Shown here: piece after piece, positions 13,553 through 26,224 of the stretch
How the letters are laid out: each line of letters opens with the position of its first letter
Numbering within the stretch: position 1 is the first letter of the stretch
Assembly: GCA_964057225.1 (NCBI GenBank)
Contig: CAXKVF010000087.1
Coordinates: 124,001-188,000 of the forward strand
Origin: Auanema rhodensis
Taxonomy: Eukaryota; Animalia; Nematoda
DNA: 64,000 bases
Direction of reading: 5' to 3'
The notes under the pieces: generated by a model
Databases searched by the model: none
The model's input: the letters and a program-made list of their open reading frames with translations, nothing else
What the model was told of the DNA's origin: nothing
Program-made: the position numbers and the translations under genes

Positions 13553-16368
13553 TGGTATGTAACTCGCTTCACGTGAAAGATAAAGAGATGCGGTTTTCAA
13601 AATTAGATTCCCCATGTCCATATTAGTCTAAAAACAAATTTTTATTGATATTGGTGCATGGTAACCATGACTTTGAAATTTACGTGAACTTTAATTTATG
13701 CTAATTAAATGTACACGTGATGTGCAATTGGTATGTAACTCGCTTCACGTGAAAGATAAAGAGATGCGGTTTTCAAAATTAGATTCCCCATGTCCATATT
13801 AGTCTAAAAACAAATTTTTATTGATATTGCTTCATGGTAACCATGACTTTGAAATTTACGTGAACTTTAATTTATGCTAATTAAATGTACACGTGATGTG
13901 CACTTGGTATGTAACTCGCTTCACGTGAAAGATAAAGAGATGCGGTTTTCAAAATTAGATTCCCCATGTCCATATTAGTCTAAAAACAAATTTTTATCGA
14001 TATTGGTTCATGGTAACCATGACTTTGAAATTTACGTGAACTTTAATTTATGCTAATTAAATGTACACGTGATGTGCACTTGGTATGTAACTCGCTTCAC
14101 GTGAAAGATAAAGAGATGCGGTTTTCAAAATTAGATTCCCCATGTCCATATTAGTCTAAAAACAAATTTTTATTGATATTGGTGCATGGTAACCATGACT
14201 TTGAAATTTACGTGAACTTTAATTTATGCTAATTAAATGTACACGTGATGTGCACTTGGTATGTAACTCGCTTCACGTGAAAGATAAAGAGATGCGGTTT
14301 TCAAAATTAGATTCCCCATGTCCATATTAGTCTAAAAACAAATTTTTATTGATATTGGTGCATGGTAACCATGACTTTGAAATTTACGTGAACTTTAATT
14401 TATGCTAATTAAATGTACACGTGATGTGCACTTGGTATGTAACTCGCTTCACGTGAAAGATAAAGAGATACGGTTTTCAAAATTAGATTCCCCATGTCCA
14501 TATTAGTCTAAAAACAAATTTTTATTGATATTGGTGCATGGTAACCGTGACTTTGAAATTTACGTGAACTTTAATTTATGCTAATTAAATGTACACGTGA
14601 TGTGCACTTGGTATGTAACTCGCTTCACGTGAAAGATAAAGAGATGCGGTTTTCAAAATTAGATTCCCCATGTCCATATTAGTCTAAAAACAAATTTTTA
14701 TTGATATTGGTGCATGGTAACCATGACTTTGAAATTTACGTGAACTTTAATTTATGCTAATTAAATGTACACGTGATGTGCACTTGGTATGTAACTCGCT
14801 TCACGTGAAAGATAAAGAGATGCGGTTTTCAAAATTAGATTCCCCATGTCCATATTACTCTAAAAACAAATTTTTATTGATATTGGTGCATGGTAACCAT
14901 GACTTTGAAATTTACGTGAACTTTAATTTATGCTAATTAAATGTACACGTGATGTGCACTTGGTATGTAACTCGCTTCACGTGAAAGATAAAGAGATGCG
15001 GTTTTCAAAATTAGATTCCCCATGTCCATATTAGTCTAAAAACAAATTTTTATTGATATTGGTGCATGGTAACCATGACTTTGAAATTTACGTGAACTTT
15101 AATTTATGCTAATTAAATGTACACGTGATGTGCAATTGGTATGTAACTCGCTTCACGTGAAAGATAAAGAGATGCGGTTTTCAAAATTAGATTCCCCATG
15201 TCCATATTAGTCTAAAAACAAATTTTTATTGATATTGCTTCATGGTAACCATGACTTTGAAATTTACGTGAACTTTAATTTATGCTAATTAAATGTACAC
15301 GTGATGTGCACTTGGTATGTAACTCGCTTCACGTGAAAGATAAAGAGATGCGGTTTTCAAAATTAGATTCCCCATGTCCATATTAGTCTAAAAACAAATT
15401 TTTATCGATATTGGTTCATGGTAACCATGACTTTGAAATTTACGTGAACTTTAATTTATGCTAATTAAATGTACACGTGATGTGCACTTGGTATGTAACT
15501 CGCTTCACGTGAAAGATAAAGAGATGCGGTTTTCAAAATTAGATTCCCCATGTCCATATTAGTCTAAAAACAAATTTTTATTGATATTGGTGCATGGTAA
15601 CCATGACTTTGAAATTTACGTGAACTTTAATTTATGCTAATTAAATGTACACGTGATGTGCACTTGGTATGTAACTCGCTTCACGTGAAAGATAAAGAGA
15701 TGCGGTTTTCAAAATTAGATTCCCCATGTCCATATTAGTCTAAAAACAAATTTTTATTGATATTGGTGCATGGTAACCATGACTTTGAAATTTACGTGAA
15801 CTTTAATTTATGCTAATTAAATGTACACGTGATGTGCACTTGGTATGTAACTCGCTTCACGTGAAAGATAAAGAGATACGGTTTTCAAAATTAGATTCCC
15901 CATGTCCATATTAGTCTAAAAACAAATTTTTATTGATATTGGTGCATGGTAACCGTGACTTTGAAATTTACGTGAACTTTAATTTATGCTAATTAAATGT
16001 ACACGTGATGTGCACTTGGTATGTAACTCGCTTCACGTGAAAGATAAAGAGATGCGGTTTTCAAAATTAGATTCCCCATGTCCATATTAGTCTAAAAACA
16101 AATTTTTATTGATATTGGTGCATGGTAACCATGACTTTGAAATTTACGTGAACTTTAATTTATGCTAATTAAATGTACACGTGATGTGCACTTGGTATGT
16201 AACTCGCTTCACGTGAAAGATAAAGAGATGCGGTTTTCAAAATTAGATTCCCCATGTCCATATTACTCTAAAAACAAATTTTTATTGATATTGGTGCATG
16301 GTAACCATGACTTTGAAATTTACGTGAACTTTAATTTATGCTAATTAAATGTACACGTGATGTGCACT
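13553..16368. repeat. 8-mer HOR x2 (M78-85 / M86-93)
   Basis: 175A; GCTT; 94C; G; G; 38A+115G; G; 74C, repeated at 1408 bp (matches ORF spacing 14754 to 16162). Confidence 0.9.
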
Positions 16369-19008
16369 TGGTATGTAACTCGCTTCACGTGAAAGATAAA
16401 GAGATGCGGTTTTCAAAATTAGATTTCCCATGTCCATATTAGTCTAAAAACAAATTTTTATTGATATTGCTTCATGGTAACCATGACTTTGAAATTTACG
16501 TGAACTTTAATTTATGCTAATTAAATGTACACTTGATGTGCACTTGGTATGTAACTCGCTTCACGTGAAAGATAAAGAGATGCGGTTTTCAAAATTAGAT
16601 TCCCCATGTCCATATTAGTCTAAAAACAAATTTTTATTGATATTGGTGCATGGTAACCATGACTTTGAAATTTACGTGAACTTTAATTTATGCTAATTAA
16701 ATGTACACTTGATGTGCACTTGGTATGTAACTCGCTTCACGTGAAAGATAAAGAGATGCGGTTTTCAAAATTAGATTCCCCATGTCCATATTAGTCTAAA
16801 AACAAATTTTTATTGATATTGCTTCATGGTAACCATGACTTTGAAATTTACGTGAACTTTAATTTATGCTAATTAAATGTACACGTGATGTGCACTTGGT
16901 ATGTAACTCGCTTCACGTGAAAGATAAAGAGATGCGGTTTTCAAAATTAGATTCCCCATGTCCATATTAGTCTAAAAACAAATTTTTATCGATATTGGTT
17001 CATGGTAACCATGACTTTGAAATTTACGTGAACTTTAATTTATGCTAATTAAATGTACACGTGATGTGCACTTGGTATGTAACTCGCTTCACGTGAAAGA
17101 TAAAGAGATGCGGTTTTCAAAATTAGATTCCCCATGTCCATATTAGTCTAAAAACAAATTTTTATTGATATTGGTGCATGGTAACCATGACTTTGAAATT
17201 TACGTGAACTTTAATTTATGCTAATTAAATGTACACGTGATGTGCACTTGGTATGTAACTCGCTTCACGTGAAAGATAAAGAGATGCGGTTTTCAAAATT
17301 AGATTTCCCATGTCCATATTAGTCTAAAAACAAATTTTTATTGATATTGCTTCATGGTAACCATGACTTTGAAACTTACGTGAACTTTAATTTATGCTAA
17401 TTAAATGTACACTTGATGTGCACTTGGTATGTAACTCGCTTCACGTGAAAGATAAAGAGATGCGGTTTTCAAAATTAGATTCCCCATGTCCATATTAGTC
17501 TAAAAACAAATTTTTATTGATATTGGTGCATGGTAACCATGACTTTGAAATTTACGTGAACTTTAATTTATGCTAATTAAATGTACACTTGATGTGCACT
17601 TGGTATGTAACTCGCTTCACGTGAAAGATAAAGAGATGCGGTTTTCAAAATTAGATTCCCCATGTCCATATTAGTCTAAAAACAAATTTTTATTGATATT
17701 GCTTCATGGTAACCATGACTTTGAAATTTACGTGAACTTTAATTTATGCTAATTAAATGTACACGTGATGTGCACTTGGTATGTAACTCGCTTCACGTGA
17801 AAGATAAAGAGATGCGGTTTTCAAAATTAGATTCCCCATGTCCATATTAGTCTAAAAACAAATTTTTATCGATATTGGTTCATGGTAACCATGACTTTGA
17901 AATTTACGTGAACTTTAATTTATGCTAATTAAATGTACACGTGATGTGCACTTGGTATGTAACTCGCTTCACGTGAAAGATAAAGAGATGCGGTTTTCAA
18001 AATTAGATTCCCCATGTCCATATTAGTCTAAAAACAAATTTTTATTGATATTGGTGCATGGTAACCATGACTTTGAAATTTACGTGAACTTTAATTTATG
18101 CTAATTAAATGTACACGTGATGTGCACTTGGTATGTAACTCGCTTCACGTGAAAGATAAAGAGATGCGGTTTTCAAAATTAGATTTCCCATGTCCATATT
18201 AGTCTAAAAACAAATTTTTATTGATATTGCTTCATGGTAACCATGACTTTGAAATTTACGTGAACTTTAATTTATGCTAATTAAATGTACACTTGATGTG
18301 CACTTGGTATGTAACTCGCTTCACGTGAAAGATAAAGAGATGCGGTTTTCAAAATTAGATTCCCCATGTCCATATTAGTCTAAAAACAAATTTTTATTGA
18401 TATTGGTGCATGGTAACCATGACTTTGAAATTTACGTGAACTTTAATTTATGCTAATTAAATGTACACTTGATGTGCACTTGGTATGTAACTCGCTTCAC
18501 GTGAAAGATAAAGAGATGCGGTTTTCAAAATTAGATTCCCCATGTCCATATTAGTCTAAAAACAAATTTTTATTGATATTGCTTCATGGTAACCATGACT
18601 TTGAAATTTACGTGAACTTTAATTTATGCTAATTAAATGTACACGTGATGTGCACTTGGTATGTAACTCGCTTCACGTGAAAGATAAAGAGATGCGGTTT
18701 TCAAAATTAGATTCCCCATGTCCATATTAGTCTAAAAACAAATTTTTATCGATATTGGTTCATGGTAACCATGACTTTGAAATTTACGTGAACTTTAATT
18801 TATGCTAATTAAATGTACACGTGATGTGCACTTGGTATGTAACTCGCTTCACGTGAAAGATAAAGAGATGCGGTTTTCAAAATTAGATTCCCCATGTCCA
18901 TATTAGTCTAAAAACAAATTTTTATTGATATTGGTGCATGGTAACCATGACTTTGAAATTTACGTGAACTTTAATTTATGCTAATTAAATGTACACGTGA
19001 TGTGCACT
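16369..19008. repeat. 5-mer HOR x3 (M94-98, M99-103, M104-108)
   Basis: 58T+GCTT+165T; 165T; GCTT; 94C; G, repeated at 880 bp, with one private change (127C) in M99. Confidence 0.9.
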
Positions 19009-21824
19009 TGGTATGTAACTCGCTTCACGTGAAAGATAAAGAGATGCGGTTTTCAAAATTAGATTCCCCATGTCCATATTAGTCTAAAAACAAATTTTTA
19101 TTGATATTGGTGCATGGTAACCATGACTTTGAAATTTACGTGAACTTTAATTTATGCTAATTAAATGAACACGTGATGTGCACTTGGTATGTAACTCGCT
19201 TCACGTGAAAGATAAAGAGATACGGTTTTCAAAATTAGATTCCCCATGTCCATATTAGTCTAAAAACAAATTTTTATTGATATTGGTGCATGGTAACCGT
19301 GACTTTGAAATTTACGTGAACTTTAATTTATGCTAATTAAATGTACACGTGATGTGCACTTGGTATGTAACTCGCTTCACGTGAAAGATAAAGAGATGCG
19401 GTTTTCAAAATTAGATTCCCCATGTCCATATTAGTCTAAAAACAAATTTTTATTGATATTGGTGCATGGTAACCATGACTTTGAAATTTACGTGAACTTT
19501 AATTTATGCTAATTAAATGTACACGTGATGTGCACTTGGTATGTAACTCGCTTCACGTGAAAGATAAAGAGATGCGGTTTTCAAAATTAGATTCCCCATG
19601 TCCATATTACTCTAAAAACAAATTTTTATTGATATTGGTGCATGGTAACCATGACTTTGAAATTTACGTGAACTTTAATTTATGCTAATTAAATGTACAC
19701 GTGATGTGCACTTGGTATGTAACTCGCTTCACGTGAAAGATAAAGAGATGCGGTTTTCAAAATTAGATTTCCCATGTCCATATTAGTCTAAAAACAAATT
19801 TTTATTGATATTGCTTCATGGTAACCATGACTTTGAAATTTACGTGAACTTTAATTTATGCTAATTAAATGTACACTTGATGTGCACTTGGTATGTAACT
19901 CGCTTCACGTGAAAGATAAAGAGATGCGGTTTTCAAAATTAGATTCCCCATGTCCATATTAGTCTAAAAACAAATTTTTATTGATATTGGTGCATGGTAA
20001 CCATGACTTTGAAATTTACGTGAACTTTAATTTATGCTAATTAAATGTACACTTGATGTGCACTTGGTATGTAACTCGCTTCACGTGAAAGATAAAGAGA
20101 TGCGGTTTTCAAAATTAGATTCCCCATGTCCATATTAGTCTAAAAACAAATTTTTATTGATATTGGTGCATGGTAACCATGACTTTGAAATTTACGTGAA
20201 CTTTAATTTATGCTAATTAAATTTAGACGTGATGTGCACTTGGTATGTAACTCGCTTCACGTGAAAGATAAAGAGATGCGGTTTTCAAAATTAGATTCCC
20301 CATGTCCATATTAGTCTAAAAACAAATTTTTATCGATATTGGTTCATGGTAACCATGACTTTGAAATTTACGTGAACTTTAATTTATGCTAATTAAATGT
20401 ACACGTGATGTGCACTTGGTATGTAACTCGCTTCACGTGAAAGATAAAGAGATGCGGTTTTCAAAATTAGATTCCCCATGTCCATATTAGTCTAAAAACA
20501 AATTTTTATTGATATTGGTGCATGGTAACCATGACTTTGAAATTTACGTGAACTTTAATTTATGCTAATTAAATGTACACGTGATGTGCACTTGGTATGT
20601 AACTCGCTTCACGTGAAAGATAAAGAGATGCGGTTTTCAAAATTAGATTCCCCATGTCCATATTAGTCTAAAAACAAATTTTTATTGATATTGGTGCATG
20701 GTAACCATGACTTTGAAATTTACGTGAACTTTAATTTATGCTAATTAAATGTACACGTGATGTGCACTTGGTATGTAACTCGCTTCACGTGAAAGATAAA
20801 GAGATACGGTTTTCAAAATTAGATTCCCCATGTCCATATTAGTCTAAAAACAAATTTTTATTGATATTGGTGCATGGTAACCGTGACTTTGAAATTTACG
20901 TGAACTTTAATTTATGCTAATTAAATGTACACGTGATGTGCACTTGGTATGTAACTCGCTTCACGTGAAAGATAAAGAGATGCGGTTTTCAAAATTAGAT
21001 TCCCCATGTCCATATTAGTCTAAAAACAAATTTTTATTGATATTGGTGCATGGTAACCATGACTTTGAAATTTACGTGAACTTTAATTTATGCTAATTAA
21101 ATGTACACGTGATGTGCACTTGGTATGTAACTCGCTTCACGTGAAAGATAAAGAGATGCGGTTTTCAAAATTAGATTCCCCATGTCCATATTACTCTAAA
21201 AACTAATTTTTATTGATATTGGTGCATGGTAACCATGACTTTGAAATTTACGTGAACTTTAATTTATGCTAATTAAATGTACACGTGATGTGCACTTGGT
21301 ATGTAACTCGCTTCACGTGAAAGATAAAGAGATGCGGTTTTCAAAATTAGATTTCCCATGTCCATATTAGTCTAAAAACAAATTTTTATTGATATTGCTT
21401 CATGGTAACCATGACTTTGAAATTTACGTGAACTTTAATTTATGCTAATTAAATGTACACTTGATGTGCACTTGGTATGTAACTCGCTTCACGTGAAAGA
21501 TAAAGAGATGCGGTTTTCAAAATTAGATTCCCCATGTCCATATTAGTCTAAAAACAAATTTTTATTGATATTGGTGCATGGTAACCATGACTTTGAAATT
21601 TACGTGAACTTTAATTTATGCTAATTAAATGTACACTTGATGTGCACTTGGTATGTAACTCGCTTCACGTGAAAGATAAAGAGATGCGGTTTTCAAAATT
21701 AGATTCCCCATGTCCATATTAGTCTAAAAACAAATTTTTATTGATATTGGTGCATGGTAACCATGACTTTGAAATTTACGTGAACTTTAATTTATGCTAA
21801 TTAAATTTAGACGTGATGTGCACT
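18657..21824. repeat. 9-mer HOR x2 (M107-115 / M116-124)
   Basis: 94C; G; G; 38A+115G; G; 74C; 58T+165T; 165T; 159T+162G, repeated at 1584 bp. Confidence 0.88.
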
Positions 21825-23760
21825 TGGTATGTAACTCGCTTCACGTGAAAGATAAAGAGATGCGGTTTTCAAAATTAGATTCCCCATGTCCATATTAGTC
21901 TAAAAACAAATTTTTATTGATATTGGTGCATGGTAACCATGACTTTGAAATTTACGTGAACTTTAATTTATGCTAATTAAATGTACACGTGATGTGCACT
22001 TGGTATGTAACTCGCTTCACGTGAAAGATAAAGAGATGCGGTTTTCAAAATTAGATTCCCCATGTCCATATTAGTCTAAAAACGAATTTTTATTGATATT
22101 GGTGCATGGTAACCACGACTTTGAAATTTACGTGAACTTTAATTTATGCTAATTAAATGTACACGTGATGTGCACTTGGTATGTAACTCGCTTCACGTGA
22201 AAGATAAAGAGATGCGGTTTTCAAAATTAGATTCCCCATGTCCATATTAGTCTAAAAACAAATTTTTATTGATATTGGTTCATGGTAACCATGACTTTGA
22301 ATTTTACGTGAACTTTTATTTATGCTAATTAAATGTACACGTGATGTGCACTTGGTATGTAACTCGCTTCACGTGAAAGATAAAGAAATGCGGTTTTCAA
22401 AATTAGATTCCCCATGTCCATATTAGTCTAAAAACAAATTTTTATTGATATTGGTTCATGGTAACCATGACTTTGAAATTTACGTGAACTTTAATTTATG
22501 CTAATTAAATGTACACGTGATGTGCACTTGGTATGTAACTCGCTTCACGTGAAAGATAAAGAGATGCGGTTTTCAAAATTAGATTCCCCATGTCCATATT
22601 AGTCTAAAAACAAATTTTTATTGATATTGCTTCATGGTAACCATGACTTTGAAATTTACGTGAACTTTAATTTATGCTAATTAAATGTACACGTGATGTG
22701 CACTTGGTATGTAACTCGCTTCACGTGAAAGATAAAGAGATGCGGTTTTCAAAATTAGATTCCCCATGTCCATATTAGTCCAAAAACAAATTTTTATTGA
22801 TATTGCTTCATGGTAACCATGACTTTGAAATTTACGTGAACTTTAATTTATGCTAATTAAATGTACACGTGATGTGCACTTGGTATGTAACTCGCTTCAC
22901 GTGAAAGATAAAGAGATGCGGTTTTCAAAATTAGATTCCCCATGTCCATATTAGTCTAAAAACAAATTTTTATTGATATTGGTGCATGGTAACCATGACT
23001 TTGAAATTTACGTGAACTTTAATTTATGCTAATTAAATGTACACTTGATGTGCACTTGGTATGTAACTCGCTTCACGTGAAAGATAAAGAGATGCGGTTT
23101 TCAAAATTAGATTCCCCATGTCCATATTAGTCTAAAAACAAATTTTTATTGATATTGGTGCATGGTAACCATGACTTTGAAATTTACGTGAACTTTAATT
23201 TATGCTAATTAAATGTACACGTGATGTGCACTTGGTATGTAACTCGCTTCACGTGAAAGATAAAGAGATGCGGTTTTCAAAATTAGATTCCCCATGTCCA
23301 TATTAGTCTAAAAACAAATTTTTATTGATATTGGTGCATGGTAACCATGACTTTGAAATTTACGTGAACTTTAATTTATGCTAATTAAATGTACACTTGA
23401 TGTGCACTTGGTATGTAACTCGCTTCACGTGAAAGATGAAGAGATGCGGTTTTCAAAATTAGATTCCCCATGTCCATATTAGTCTAAAAACAAATTTTTA
23501 TTGATATTGCTTCATGGTAACCATGACTTTGAAATTTACGTGAACTTTAATTTATGCTAATTAAATGTACACGTGATGTGCACTTGGTATGTAACTCGCT
23601 TCACGTGAAAGATAAAGAGATGCGGTTTTCAAAATTAGATTCCCCATGTCCATATTAGTCTAAAAACAAATTTTTATTGATATTGGTTCATGGTAACCAT
23701 GACTTTGAAATTTACGTGAACTTTAATTTATGCTAATTAAATGTACACGTGATGTGCACT

Positions 23761-26224
23761 TGGTATGTAACTCGCTTCACGTGAAAGATAAAGAGATACG
23801 GTTTTCAAAATTAGATTCCCCATGTCCATATTAGTCTAAAAACAAATTTTTATTGATATTGGTGCATGGTAACCGTGACTTTGAAATTTACGTGAACTTT
23901 AATTTATGCTAATTAAATGTACACGTGATGTGCACTTGGTATGTAACTCGCTTCACGTGAAAGATAAAGAGATGCGGTTTTCAAAATTAGATTCCCCATG
24001 TCCATATTAGTCTAAAAACAAATTTTTATTGATATTGGTGCATGGTAACCATGACTTTGAAATTTACGTGAACTTTAATTTATGCTAATTAAATGTACAC
24101 GTGATGTGCACTTGGTATGTAACTCGCTTCACGTGAAAGATAAAGAGATGCGGTTTTCAAAATTAGATTCCCCATGTCCATATTAGTCTAAAAACAAATT
24201 TTTATTGATATTTGTTCATGGTAACCATGACTTTGAATTTTACGTGAACTTTTATTTATGCTAATTAAATGTACACGTGATGTGCACTTGGTATGTAACT
24301 CGCTTCACGTGAAAGATAAAGAGATGCGGTTTTCAAAATTAGATTCCCCATGTCCATATTAGTCTAAAAACAAATTTTTATTGATATTGGTTCATGGTAA
24401 CCATGACTTTGAAATTTACGTGAACTTTAATTTATGCTAATTAAATGTACACGTGATGTGCACTTGGTATGTAACTCGCTTCACGTGAAAGATAAAGAGA
24501 TACGGTTTTCAAAATTAGATTCCCCATGTCCATATTAGTCTAAAAACAAATTTTTATTGATATTGGTGCATGGTAACCGTGACTTTGAAATTTACGTGAA
24601 CTTTAATTTATGCTAATTAAATGTACACGTGATGTGCACTTGGTATGTAACTCGCTTCACGTGAAAGATAAAGAGATGCGGTTTTCAAAATTAGATTCCC
24701 CATGTCCATATTAGTCTAAAAACAAATTTTTATTGATATTGGTTCATGGTAACCATGACTTTGAAATTTACGTGAACTTTAATTTATGCTAATTAAATGT
24801 ACACGTGATGTGCACTTGGTATGTAACTCGCTTCACGTGAAAGATAAAGAGATACGGTTTTCAAAATTAGATTCCCCATGTCCATATTAGTCTAAAAACA
24901 AATTTTTATTGATATTGGTTCATGGTAACCATGACTTTGAAATTTACGTGAACTTTAATTTATGCTAATTAAATGTACACGTGATGTGCACTTGGTATGT
25001 AACTCGCTTCACGTGAAAGATAAAGAGATACGGTTTTCAAAATTAGATTCCCCATGTCCATATTAGTCTAAAAACAAATTTTTATTGATATTGGTGCATG
25101 GTAACCGTGACTTTGAAATTTACGTGAACTTTAATTTATGCTAATTAAATGTACACGTGATGTGCACTTGGTATGTAACTCGCTTCACGTGAAAGATAAA
25201 GAGATGCGGTTTTCAAAATTAGATTCCCCATGTCCATATTAGTCTAAAAACAAATTTTTATTGATATTGGTGCATGGTAACCATGACTTTGAAATTTACG
25301 TGAACTTTAATTTATGCTAATTAAATGTACACGTGATGTGCACTTGGTATGTAACTCGCTTCACGTGAAAGATAAAGAGATGCGGTTTTCAAAATTAGAT
25401 TCCCCATGTCCATATTAGTCTAAAAACAAATTTTTATTGATATTTGTTCATGGTAACCATGACTTTGAATTTTACGTGAACTTTTATTTATGCTAATTAA
25501 ATGTACACGTGATGTGCACTTGGTATGTAACTCGCTTCACGTGAAAGATAAAGAAATGCGGTTTTCAAAATTAGATTCCCCATGTCCATATTAGTCTAAA
25601 AACAAATTTTTATTGATATTGGTTCATGGTAACCATGACTTTGAAATTTACGTGAACTTTAATTTATGCTAATTAAATGTACACGTGATGTGCACTTGGT
25701 ATGTAACTCGCTTCACGTGAAAGATAAAGAGATACGGTTTTCAAAATTAGATTCCCCATGTCCATATTAGTCTAAAAACAAATTTTTATTGATATTGGTG
25801 CATGGTAACCATGACTTTGAAATTTACGTGAACTTTAATTTATGCTAATTAAATGTACACGTGATGTGCACTTGGTATGTAACTCGCTTCACGTGAAAGA
25901 TAAAGAGATGCGGTTTTCAAAATTAGATTCCCCATGTCCATATTAGTCTAAAAACAAATTTTTATTGATATTGGTGCATGGTAACCATGACTTTGAAATT
26001 TACGTGAACTTTAATTTATGCTAATTAAATGTACACGTGATGTGCACTTGGTATGTAACTCGCTTCACGTGAAAGATAAAGAGATGCGGTTTTCAAAATT
26101 AGATTCCCCATGTCCATATTAGTCTAAAAACAAATTTTTATTGATATTTGTTCATGGTAACCATGACTTTGAATTTTACGTGAACTTTTATTTATGCTAA
26201 TTAAATGTACACGTGATGTGCACT
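23761..26224. repeat. Irregularly spaced trimer module x3 (M136-138, M143-145, M147-149)
   Basis: 38A monomer, GGTG monomer, then a 101T+126T+141T monomer. Confidence 0.8.

Noticed and set aside
11234-19688. Four identical 60-aa ORFs (11234, 14754, 16162, 19506)
   Set aside because: TAG>TAC (74C) variant propagated by local HOR duplication. 176 is not a multiple of 3, so no frame continues across units. No evidence of coding function.
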